Below, one piece after another: positions 34,850 through 43,267 of a stretch of DNA of 64,000 bases (position 1 is its first letter; each line of letters opens with the position of its first letter). The position numbers were made by a program, and so were the translations under genes. Source of the DNA: a virus (taxonomy: Duplodnaviria > Caudoviricetes); the IMG/VR virus record IMGVR_UViG_3300027753_000007, positions 13,056-77,055 of that record; one strand, given 5' to 3'. The notes below the pieces were generated by a model that saw only the letters and a program-made list of their open reading frames with translations, was not told the DNA's origin and searched no databases.

Positions 34850-35892
34850 TGGTCAGCCCTCGTTGTAAGCATGTTGATGATTGACTTGTGGTCCTCAAAC
34901 AGCGAGTGAGACATGTTCTTAACTGTGTCTAGCGCGAACCACTTTGCTGTTTCCGCATCGTCGCCGCCTTTCACTTTTGGCAGTGAGGGCTGGTCGGGTA
35001 GGTCAAACAAAAACGCTTGTGTAATTGTGCGACCACGTAATGACCTGCTAGGGTGGTCAAACAGTTTGCGGGCTTTGCATGATCCGCGCAACACTGCTTC
35101 CGGCACCTTCAATCTGGTTTCTTCCTTCAGTTCGCGTATTGCGCTATCAAACGCAGTCTCGTCTTGACCGAGGAAGCCGCCAGGAAGTGCCCAGAGACCC
35201 TTGCCTGGTTCTGCGCGCCGCCTAATAAGTAGGATGTGTCCGCCCTGTATTACAACTGCGTCTGTGGTGAAAAATGTCACAGGATATGGCGTGTGCGCCC
35301 ATGCAGTTTTGTACGTGCGGATGTAATTGAATTCTTTAACAAGCTGGGCGTATGCCTCAGTGTCTTTGAAGGTCATCAGCGTCTCGTAAACTGACACTGG
35401 CAGTGCCGATTTTATGTAGCTAAAATGTCCTTCAAAATATAGTTCGCGTATCTTCGTTGCGTCAATTGCAGTGCCGCCAGCCTCAGCGTATGCACCAATA
35501 GTCGTAAAGTCCCAGGTCGGGAAGCTTTTTAGGTAGTAGCTGGAATCATCTTTTTCATGACCGAGGATTGTAATGTCCTCGTCGTTTGTTTCCCAGTTGT
35601 GGACTGCGGCTTGGACAGCCTCCAGCCATTTTGTTTCTTGGTATAGGTCATCTTCAACAGATGCTACCCGCACTCGCCAATTTCCTTCGGCTTTGGTGCC
35701 CCAAAGAGATTCTATTTGGGCTGTGCGTTCTTCAACTGTAAAGGGATTTTTGATTGTGCGCGGCTCATTGGACGAGCCTAAGACCACAAGAACCTGGTCT
35801 GCAATTTCTAAAGCTTTGTTTATGTTTTGGACGTGCCCGTTGTGTAGTGGCTGCATCCTGCCGATGAATACGGCTAATTTGTATTTACGCAT
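34846..35892 (-). CDS. Bifunctional NMN adenylyltransferase / ADP-ribose Nudix hydrolase (NatV/NadM-Nudix-like)
   Basis: GRMQPLHNGH (HxGH), DATKIR; Nudix box GGFLGQDETAFDSAIRELKEET, RSLRGRTIT, GGDDA. Confidence 0.93.
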   Translation of the reverse strand: MRKYKLAVFIGRMQPLHNGHVQNINKALEIADQVLVVLGSSNEPRTIKNPFTVEERTAQIESLWGTKAEGNWRVRVASVEDDLYQETKWLEAVQAAVHNWETNDEDITILGHEKDDSSYYLKSFPTWDFTTIGAYAEAGGTAIDATKIRELYFEGHFSYIKSALPVSVYETLMTFKDTEAYAQLVKEFNYIRTYKTAWAHTPYPVTFFTTDAVVIQGGHILLIRRRAEPGKGLWALPGGFLGQDETAFDSAIRELKEETRLKVPEAVLRGSCKARKLFDHPSRSLRGRTITQAFLFDLPDQPSLPKVKGGDDAETAKWFALDTVKNMSHSLFEDHKSIINMLTTRADQ

Positions 35893-35981
35893 TTCGATAC
35901 CCTCCGTATCGTCTTTGCAGTTAGCTTCTAACCGCGTACAAAAAGTCTATCTCTTTGTACTTTTATTTACCTACTATCAAC

Positions 35982-36010
35982 AGTATAACACCATTAAACA
36001 GTAATGTCAA
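35982..36010 (-). promoter_or_regulatory. Sigma70-type promoter of the NAD operon
   Basis: TTGACA-17-TATACT. Confidence 0.8.
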
Positions 36011-36013
36011 GTA

Positions 36014-36247
36014 TTATTTCAGTTCCCTGTATTCTTTGCGCCATGCCGCAATCTGTTTCTTGGTGGGCATTTCAATCCTGCGCTGGGTGGAGTCAATTTG
36101 GTGATAGCAGTTATCGCAAGTTATGTTACCGTACCATTCATCGTTTAGGGAGCGCCGGGCGTATCTTCCTTTGCCGCAGTTCCAGCACTTCGTGCCTTCA
36201 TCAATATCAACTAATTCATCTAAATCTAAATGCAGTTGGTCGCTCAT
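36014..36247 (-). CDS. Small zinc-ribbon protein
   Basis: CWNC...CDNC. Confidence 0.6.
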   Translation of the reverse strand: MSDQLHLDLDELVDIDEGTKCWNCGKGRYARRSLNDEWYGNITCDNCYHQIDSTQRRIEMPTKKQIAAWRKEYRELK

Positions 36248-36260
36248 TGTTGTCTCCCAT

Positions 36261-36533
36261 CTACTTCTTATTTTCTATCCATTCACCAGGTACGTTAGTA
36301 ATATTCCGGGTTCGGAAAGTTCTGTTGCACTTCGTGCAAATCTCCTGTTCATAAGTGTAAATAGTGTGGGGTTGCCAATCTTCTTCGGTACGCCTCGTTA
36401 TAATTATCCGATGGTTGCAAGAAGCTTCTCGCTCGGCCTGTTCTCTGTCAGTGATTTCTGCAATCTTCGCTTCAAGAACTTTGATCTGGGCCATCGTTTC
36501 TAACAGGATTTCTCTATCGGTTTTCATCACCAT
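36261..36533 (-). CDS. Hypothetical protein with CNH...CTKC motif
   Basis: AGGAG RBS, follows a sigma70 promoter. Confidence 0.65.
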   Translation of the reverse strand: MVMKTDREILLETMAQIKVLEAKIAEITDREQAEREASCNHRIIITRRTEEDWQPHTIYTYEQEICTKCNRTFRTRNITNVPGEWIENKK

Positions 36534-36559
36534 CTCCTATCTACTTTCTCATTATCTAT

Positions 36560-36647
36560 AGTATAAGCGAAAATACATCTTTTGTCAAGCACTAAATCTT
36601 CAAGGAAATCAGTAACTTACAAGAACTGTAAGAAAATCAATAACTTA
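36560..36647 (-). promoter_or_regulatory. Sigma70 promoter (36560-36588) with upstream IHF-like boxes (36607, 36635)
   Basis: TTGACA-17-TATACT; AATCAGTAACTTA and AATCAATAACTTA. Confidence 0.75.
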
Positions 36648-37103
36648 GCTGTTAATTATTACCCAACATTTGTTGGTGAAATCTTCCATCTTAACCCAGC
36701 GGTAAGGTAATTCATCGTATGCTTTCACATCTTTGTATCTGTTGTCTAACACAAAATCGCCTCGATTTGTCCTAGCTACGCACACGGCATGGCCAACACC
36801 TTTGCCTGGTCTACCCTTTTCATCTTCTGTAAAGCAAATTGCCACAGCAAGATTTTCTCTGTCCCACTTTGTCTCAGCAACCAACCGTTTAATTTTGGTT
36901 AGGGCGTAATCATCGCAGTCGCCGCGGCCTTTACCTTCAACCACAGTCCAATAGTCCTCTTGTTCATATAGTTTTGAATCTACGACGTATCGGATGTCTT
37001 TATTGACTGCTTGTTGGATTCGACACAAGGATTCCCACAAATCAGTCGTTAGGGTCTGGCTCACTCTCCTCCTCTGGACAAATATTGTCCGTGTCTCGTT
37101 CAC
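36645..37103 (-). CDS. Transglutaminase-like cysteine protease (BTLCP/LapG-like), catalytic part
   Basis: EDYW, GDCDDYALTK (Cys), GHAV (His), VLDN (Asp); no signal peptide. Confidence 0.85.
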   Translation of the reverse strand: MNETRTIFVQRRRVSQTLTTDLWESLCRIQQAVNKDIRYVVDSKLYEQEDYWTVVEGKGRGDCDDYALTKIKRLVAETKWDRENLAVAICFTEDEKGRPGKGVGHAVCVARTNRGDFVLDNRYKDVKAYDELPYRWVKMEDFTNKCWVIINS

Positions 37104-37233
37104 AAAATTCTTGATATTGTCGAGGTGTGCTAGTCACTTCCCCTGTAGTCATTGTGCCTGCCGTCGGTAGGCTGGTCGTTGCTGAACACGATATTAAAAA
37201 TGCTGCTACTAAGATTAAAATATATCTTTTCAT
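37042..37233 (-). CDS. Lipoprotein corresponding to the BTLCP N-terminal part
   Basis: MKRYILILVAAFLISC lipobox; TSTP..YQEFCER...IC resembles the BTLCP N-terminal P..FC..C motif. Confidence 0.7.
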   Translation of the reverse strand: MKRYILILVAAFLISCSATTSLPTAGTMTTGEVTSTPRQYQEFCERDTDNICPEEESEPDPND

Positions 37234-37793
37234 ATTTCTTCTTTCTCAAAAAATTCTTCGTACACGATATTTATCTCATCGTCAGTAATCGTTGTCCCTT
37301 CCATCATGTACATCTTCAGTCGTGTTTTATCATCAAAGCCCAATGTGTTATTTTGAATCACTACGCCTTGTTGATCGCTGCGATCCTGATCGACCCTATA
37401 AATTTCAAATGTTCGTACATCGCCAATCACCAGTTCAAACCTTGTGCCGTTGCCTTTGTTTGTGTTCATGCCTACAAAGTTTTGTAGCTCACGCCATGGG
37501 TAAATGGTGGGGTTGAGTAGTGCTATTTTTGCTGGTGGGAAAATTCGTGCTAAGTGGCGTGCCCAAAATCCACCAAGCTGAACGCCTATAAACAAAATGT
37601 TATAGTCGTTGTGGTCTGCGATTTCTTTGCGAACTAGGTCGGTTAGGAATATATGGGCTAGGTGCGGATTGTTTGTAGGATACGTAGGTGTGAACCAGAC
37701 GCTGTCATCGTTAGAGCACGTTTTAACGATCTGCTGTACCGCTGCGGAGCCTTCCGCTGTTTGCGCAAACTCATGTAAGACAAAGACTAACAC
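37230..37793 (-). CDS. YqiA-like alpha/beta hydrolase, nucleophile motif degenerate
   Basis: IGVQLGGFWA in place of GxSLGG; ALLNP. Confidence 0.6.
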   Translation of the reverse strand: MLVFVLHEFAQTAEGSAAVQQIVKTCSNDDSVWFTPTYPTNNPHLAHIFLTDLVRKEIADHNDYNILFIGVQLGGFWARHLARIFPPAKIALLNPTIYPWRELQNFVGMNTNKGNGTRFELVIGDVRTFEIYRVDQDRSDQQGVVIQNNTLGFDDKTRLKMYMMEGTTITDDEINIVYEEFFEKEEI

Positions 37794-38017
37794 TAGTCCT
37801 GCTCATCATCTATGTATTCCATAAAATGGCGCATTTCTGCCTTAGAACCGTGTTCTAAAACATCTTCATAATCGTCCCAAGCATCATCCTCAGGCTCGAC
37901 TACATTCTTGTACTTCTCTTTCCTTGCATACTTAGTCTTGTCTGCATGGGTAGCTGGTTTGGTTTGCTTATCCATATACTTCTTGACATAGTTGCGATCT
38001 TTCGGTTGGCGTTTCAT
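37793..38017 (-). CDS. Small hypothetical protein
   Basis: Basic N-half, acidic C-half; operonic. Confidence 0.65.
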   Translation of the reverse strand: MKRQPKDRNYVKKYMDKQTKPATHADKTKYARKEKYKNVVEPEDDAWDDYEDVLEHGSKAEMRHFMEYIDDEQD

Positions 38018-38018
38018 C

Positions 38019-38294
38019 TCATCCCCATTTTAATCTAAAAACAAATGCATCTTTTCCGTCTTTGAACCAGAAAAATTCATGATCTCTGCTGTAAGCACCT
38101 TTGCAGTTTTCTTTCGCCCATGCTAAAATTTGGATATAGTTACTCCGCTCGGCGGTAGAAATCCGATCTTCAAATTTTTTCACAGGAACTGACGTCCATG
38201 TCATCTCATCCACATAGCAATATGGCACGTACTTCTTTCTTTCATTCTGTGTGCGCTTCAATCTATCTAATGTGGATTTAGCTAATTGTCTCAT
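38019..38294 (-). CDS. Hypothetical protein
   Basis: WAKENCKG..FWFKD..DAFVFRLKWG. Confidence 0.65.
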   Translation of the reverse strand: MRQLAKSTLDRLKRTQNERKKYVPYCYVDEMTWTSVPVKKFEDRISTAERSNYIQILAWAKENCKGAYSRDHEFFWFKDGKDAFVFRLKWG

Positions 38295-38330
38295 CGTATT
38301 ATTTATCGTTCAAACTACGTGATATAACAT

Positions 38331-38359
38331 ATTCTAACATAAAACGGACACAATGTCAA
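38331..38359 (-). promoter_or_regulatory. Sigma70-type promoter
   Basis: TTGACA-17-TAGAAT. Confidence 0.7.
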
Positions 38360-38415
38360 GGCAAAAAAAGCGCGACCGAAGCCGCGCCTAAGTTCTTATT
38401 ATTGTCTTATCTTTT

Positions 38416-38805
38416 TTATGGTGTTGCGTTCAACTCTTTTAGCTTTATATTCAATACATCTAGTTCAGCTAATTCCGTAGCTGTTAGGTTTTCTCTACCT
38501 CTACTTAGTAAAATGTCTCGTTGCACAACTAACGTAAATATTTTTCCGTCTTTAATCTCTTTTATTATTTCGTTATATTCTCGATCTCTGTCTTCTTCAA
38601 TTGAACTTATAAGTGTGCCTACTTTATTTTCTAATCCAAGTAATTTATCTCGTTGAGAACCTATGTGCCTTACATATTCACTTTCATTAACGTATCTGTC
38701 TTCTATCCACACAAAGCTACCTAGCAATACAGATAATATTCCTATGGTGGTGGCTGCATATTTTATGAGTGCCCTTAAGTCTATTTTTTCCAATGTTTCT
38801 TCCAT
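38416..38805 (-). CDS. Single-TM coiled-coil protein (lysis-accessory candidate)
   Basis: One N-terminal TM helix plus heptad repeats, near the lysozyme. Confidence 0.55.
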   Translation of the reverse strand: MEETLEKIDLRALIKYAATTIGILSVLLGSFVWIEDRYVNESEYVRHIGSQRDKLLGLENKVGTLISSIEEDRDREYNEIIKEIKDGKIFTLVVQRDILLSRGRENLTATELAELDVLNIKLKELNATP

Positions 38806-38842
38806 TTCACATCCCTTTCAATTAAAATATATGTATATAATT

Positions 38843-39451
38843 TTAACGATGAGCTTCGTGTGAGATTTCCATAGCCTTAATTAGTTCTTCCAGGCTTGGA
38901 AATTCATTTGGGTCTGATGTGTCGAAGCCTAAGAGGTTTAAATCCCCCATCGCACTTTGCATTACTCTCTGTGCCGCAGTATGTGCTTCGACGTATTTCT
39001 TGCCGATTGGTAAGTTTGTGTCAGTTAGTTCTGCTAATCTGTATAGACTGAGACTATATACGAGATGTGATGTAATCTTTTCGCGTTCTACTTCTTTAGC
39101 CGGGATACAGGTTGTCTCTTTAGAACAAACCCCAGCATTGCTAACGGGGCGTTGTTGCTTCGTTAGCTCTGCCTTTAAATATTCTACTCTAGATGTTAGT
39201 TGATCTTTTTCTACTTTGAGGTCAATTATTTCACTTTGCAGCCGGCGCCGTTCGGATTCAGGAGATAGTCCTGAAGCATTTTCAGCTTTCTTCTGCTCAT
39301 ATACCACTAGCATTTTGTCCAACGCTGTAACCGATTCTTCTTGAGGCGGAGTATCTAGCTGTTGACCAAACATAGTAGTTGAAATTGTCAAAAGCAACAT
39401 TGTTATTAAAAGTAGGAGTAGCTTATTCATCATATGTTTTCCTATTACCAA
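38843..39451 (-). CDS. Secreted coiled-coil protein
   Basis: N-terminal signal peptide, heptads, CxxxxxC. Confidence 0.65.
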   Translation of the reverse strand: MVIGKHMMNKLLLLLITMLLLTISTTMFGQQLDTPPQEESVTALDKMLVVYEQKKAENASGLSPESERRRLQSEIIDLKVEKDQLTSRVEYLKAELTKQQRPVSNAGVCSKETTCIPAKEVEREKITSHLVYSLSLYRLAELTDTNLPIGKKYVEAHTAAQRVMQSAMGDLNLLGFDTSDPNEFPSLEELIKAMEISHEAHR

Positions 39452-39561
39452 TTTTATTTATTCGTTTTCAATCCACAATTTTGTACACAGTTTTATATTT
39501 TCAGAGCTGTGCTCTGAGACTATTATTTATCTTTTATAATGGATCTCATTAAACACTAGTA

Positions 39562-40167
39562 TTAAGCGGCTGCCCTACGCAACCACCCTTTCTTGTATTT
39601 TGCCATTGCTGGTTTTGCAGCAATTAGGTCTAAGTAAAATTGAGCATGGAACTGGCGAATCTCAGACATTAACATTTCGGAGTTAGTGCAATTGATCGCA
39701 TTAAAAGTGTTAGGGCCAACCTTGCCGTCTACGACTAAGTTGTTGCCACAAGCATTTAGTGCTCGCTGTACAATTTTACCAGTTTGTATTGCGCCCATAT
39801 TTACAGTCATGTCAAATACGCGGGCTGCTACTGTGTAGTCGTGTATAGTTTCGTAATTATATTTGTCCCAAAAACCCGACTTGTACAGTGCAATAGCTTG
39901 CTCCGTAGTCATGTTTTTAATGTCGTCAATATCAATGTCGCCATCGTGATCTAAGTCACCATCTAACCAGCCGTCGCCGTCGGAATCGCCGCGACCTTTC
40001 AAATAGCGTATGGACATGCCCCAGTTTGTGGCGCCACCTGGATCAACGGGATCGTTACTAAAACCACCTTCGTGTTCCAGTGTAGTGATGATAGCCTTAT
40101 TGAAATGGCTAGGATCATTCATTGGTGGCGTAGTCTTAATGGAATTAATTAGATCTTGTAGGCTCAT
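39562..40167 (-). CDS. GH108 lysozyme with peptidoglycan-binding domain
   Basis: HEGGFSNDPVDPGGATNWG, FDMTVNMG, VDGKVGPNT, KGWLRR; Asp-rich DxDxDG insertion. Confidence 0.9.
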   Translation of the reverse strand: MSLQDLINSIKTTPPMNDPSHFNKAIITTLEHEGGFSNDPVDPGGATNWGMSIRYLKGRGDSDGDGWLDGDLDHDGDIDIDDIKNMTTEQAIALYKSGFWDKYNYETIHDYTVAARVFDMTVNMGAIQTGKIVQRALNACGNNLVVDGKVGPNTFNAINCTNSEMLMSEIRQFHAQFYLDLIAAKPAMAKYKKGWLRRAAA

Positions 40168-40211
40168 ACGTGTTTCCCTGTGTTAGTAGTTATACACGTA
40201 TTTACCAGAAT

Positions 40212-40976
40212 CTATGAATCTAGGGTGCCATCTTCCTTAACCAAAAGCTCTAAATATGTACTTAGGTTGTGGTCACCTGCCCATAGTACAGAGAATGATA
40301 TTCTTCGCTTCAACAAACGCCTTATCCCAGCGTGTTTGTAGCTCAATAAGAATGGAATGTTTGGGGGAATGAGGCGAACCCAATCCCATTGCACAACGAC
40401 GCGATGGTAGTTCACGCCTTGGTAGATCTCAGTGGGGATAGTGCCACCAAAGATGCGAGGTTGACCAAATGTGCATAGGTCAGTTGGTTTGCGCACAACT
40501 GCTAACATGGCTGCTAATGCTCCACCAAGGCTGTGACCCGTATAAAGGACACGCTTGGTTGGTGGGACAAGGGCTAGGTCGGCTTCGATTTCAGGCAACA
40601 CTTTTTGTATGGCTGTTGCAAACCCCTTGTGTGCTTTTAGACCTCGGAAATCCGTCTTCCAAAATGTAAAATCAATTTTTAGATCGTGAGCCTCGCCCCA
40701 TTCCGTTGCACGGAACGCAACAACCGCCACGTCGTCAAATTCTGCAAAGTAGCCTTGGACGCCAAGGCTGTCATAAAATTTTATTTTTGTCGCACCCATA
40801 TCCGTGAGGTCTTTTATCACGGTGTCTACGTTACGCCAAGCAAGCTTGGCTAGGTATAGGCATGTTATGTGGTATTTTTGATTTAGACGATCTGTTAATG
40901 TTTTGCCGTATAAATCTTCCAAGACAAAGCTGTCTAGTTTTAAACCATAATCCATTTGTAATGCTCCTTTAAACAA
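40212..40976 (-). CDS. Class 3 lipase
   Basis: VAFRAT, HKGF, YTGHSLGGALA, TFGQPR, DWV..IP, HAG, DHNL. Confidence 0.88.
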   Translation of the reverse strand: MFKGALQMDYGLKLDSFVLEDLYGKTLTDRLNQKYHITCLYLAKLAWRNVDTVIKDLTDMGATKIKFYDSLGVQGYFAEFDDVAVVAFRATEWGEAHDLKIDFTFWKTDFRGLKAHKGFATAIQKVLPEIEADLALVPPTKRVLYTGHSLGGALAAMLAVVRKPTDLCTFGQPRIFGGTIPTEIYQGVNYHRVVVQWDWVRLIPPNIPFLLSYKHAGIRRLLKRRISFSVLWAGDHNLSTYLELLVKEDGTLDS

Positions 40977-40984
40977 TGTATACG

Positions 40985-42949
40985 CTATTTATCGAAGCCG
41001 TAGAATTTTGCCCATGCTCTAGTATTGAAGGAACGACCCATATATTTCTTAAACAGTTTTCTAATGTCTTCGTCAACAGGTTCAATAAACGCTGTCATAA
41101 ACTTTTTGAGTTCTGTTCCCATGTCAAAACTTGTTTTTAGTTCTATAAAAGGTTCAAACGCATCTCGCGCAATCATTTCCGACCAAAAGTATACATAGTA
41201 CATTGACTCGTATCCTGAATCAAAGCTAAAGGAATGATGCATACGCGATAAGATTCTGTTTTCCCATTGGTGATAACGTATGCCGTCTACGTGAAATATA
41301 GGCACCGTTGTGTCGTCTACAAAATCAGGTTTGTCCTTGTAGGAATAATGGAGGGTAATGTCGGCTAGGGCTTTCTTAATATAGCGTTGCATATAGCAGC
41401 CCGAACCAGCGTAACGTGATTCTATTTGCGTTGCAATCATTTTAGCTGTGGGTGGTCTACCAGTCTCATAGTGGCGAGCAAGCACCTTCAATGAGGCTGG
41501 GTGCCAGGCAAAGTTTTCAAAAAATTGACTTGGGAATTCTATCGCATCCCACGACAATGATAGCGATCCTCCGTACGTGGAATATGGACTAGTATTATAT
41601 AGGCCATGCAATAGGTGACCAAACTCGTGCAGCATAACAATGAGGTCTGAGTGACCCATAGTCTTTTCATAATTTAGCGCATACACAAGTACCTGCGGTT
41701 CGTCAAACACACGGAAGGAATAATTATTCACCCATGCCCCGTCGTGTTTTCCTGGGCGCCGTAGTATGTCTGCGTAAAATCCACCAAGCAGTTTATCGTC
41801 CTTATAGGCTTCAAAAAACATAACGGACTTGTGCGGCTTTGACGGCGGTGATGCTTCCACAAATTTTATATCCAGCAATGTGCCAAAGTATTCCAACATC
41901 CTCCGAAACGTTGGGATTGTTTCTAGGTAGTCAGACATAGGTTTCTGTTCGAGGAATTCCTCCCTCCAGCGTTGAGAATAATGATCGAGGTCCCAGCGTT
42001 CCAGTTTTGAGATTTCACCCTTCGCCAGTTTGCTAAGTTCTCTGTATTCTCGCTTTAGTTTCTTGTTCGTTTTGCTAATCATGCGCTCTAGTATTCGTAT
42101 GATCTGCACAGGATCGGTGACCGACATTCCTTCCAATGCTAACGAGGCGAAGTTTTTATGACCAAGCAATTTTGCTTTCTTGTGCCTTGAATGGAGGATG
42201 TCTGTTATTAGGTTGAAATTATCTTCTTCGCGTGTACTATAATCGCTTGCCATAGTCTGCGTTGCAAAGAATAGCTTTTGTCGCATTGTGCGGTTTGTGC
42301 AATCCCTAATAAGTTCATCTATAGTGTTTTCTGCATACCGTATCAACCAACCATCAAGCCCTTGTTCTTTTGCGGCGGTGTGCAGCATCTTTTTTGTGCT
42401 TTCATCCACACCATCTAACATACTCTCGTCTGTAACGTGCAACTGCCATGCTTCCTCACAGATTTTATAATTCAACTGGAAGGCTATGGTCTGCTCTGTA
42501 AGCTGTTTTGAAACTTTTTCCAGCTCTGCTTTTTTCTCCTGTGAAATGCTGGCGCCGGATTGTGTAAAGTAAAGCAACTGGTGTTCCACAATTGCTTTTT
42601 GCTTTTTAGTTAGTTTGGATTTCTTTAGCGAGGACAATGCAGCGAACATCCTTCCATCTTCAATAATTTTACTAGTTCGTGCCGCGCTGAATATTGTAAA
42701 CTGTTTTAGCGCGGTACTGGATTCCTCGCCACTGACAATAGCGTAATAAAATGACACGATGGAGTTTGCCTTTGTGATTTCATTATCAGCAAGCAAAAGA
42801 GGGACAACCAAATTGTCCCATGTATATGTTTCATTGTTTAGCGCGGTTTCTATCTGTTCGTCTGCTGCTAATACGCATCGTACAGCTTCTTCTAATTGTT
42901 CCGCTGGAGAAAGTTTGAAATTTGGTAACAGTAGTCTTGTTTTCTTCAT
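40985..42949 (-). CDS. prlC: M3-family oligopeptidase A (PrlC/OpdA-like)
   Basis: RPGKHDGAW, HEFGH zinc motif, WDAIEFPSQFFEN, GY..YY.Y.WSE. Confidence 0.88.
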   Translation of the reverse strand: MKKTRLLLPNFKLSPAEQLEEAVRCVLAADEQIETALNNETYTWDNLVVPLLLADNEITKANSIVSFYYAIVSGEESSTALKQFTIFSAARTSKIIEDGRMFAALSSLKKSKLTKKQKAIVEHQLLYFTQSGASISQEKKAELEKVSKQLTEQTIAFQLNYKICEEAWQLHVTDESMLDGVDESTKKMLHTAAKEQGLDGWLIRYAENTIDELIRDCTNRTMRQKLFFATQTMASDYSTREEDNFNLITDILHSRHKKAKLLGHKNFASLALEGMSVTDPVQIIRILERMISKTNKKLKREYRELSKLAKGEISKLERWDLDHYSQRWREEFLEQKPMSDYLETIPTFRRMLEYFGTLLDIKFVEASPPSKPHKSVMFFEAYKDDKLLGGFYADILRRPGKHDGAWVNNYSFRVFDEPQVLVYALNYEKTMGHSDLIVMLHEFGHLLHGLYNTSPYSTYGGSLSLSWDAIEFPSQFFENFAWHPASLKVLARHYETGRPPTAKMIATQIESRYAGSGCYMQRYIKKALADITLHYSYKDKPDFVDDTTVPIFHVDGIRYHQWENRILSRMHHSFSFDSGYESMYYVYFWSEMIARDAFEPFIELKTSFDMGTELKKFMTAFIEPVDEDIRKLFKKYMGRSFNTRAWAKFYGFDK

Positions 42950-42964
42950 ATCCCTCCGTATAAA

Positions 42965-43261
42965 TTATGTGCTCCTGCTTCCCCGTTCAGGACCCCCCAC
43001 TTAGTGCGCCAAACCTAGCCGAACTAGGATGGCACCCACCGTAAGCATACGCGGCGACAGCCGCAAAGTTACACTCTTACGGTCCAATGCCATTGTATGT
43101 CTCGCAACCTGGGCGACAGGTGTGCTTTTTGGTGACACATTGAAGACATAAAACCGACCAAGCTCACAACCAGAGCTGTCGCTCTGCACATAAAAAGGTG
43201 GGGTGTAAAGGCGCTGAGAAGAAGCAAAGGACTCACACACTGAGTTGCGCCAATACACCCC
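42965..43261 (-). ncRNA. Candidate structured non-coding RNA
   Basis: Several nested helices: GGGGTGTA/TACACCCC, CAGAGC/GCTCTG, TATGTCT/AGACATA, ACCGTAAG/CTTACGGT, GCGGC/GCCGC, CCTAG/CTAGG. Confidence 0.5.
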
Positions 43262-43267
43262 GATTCA

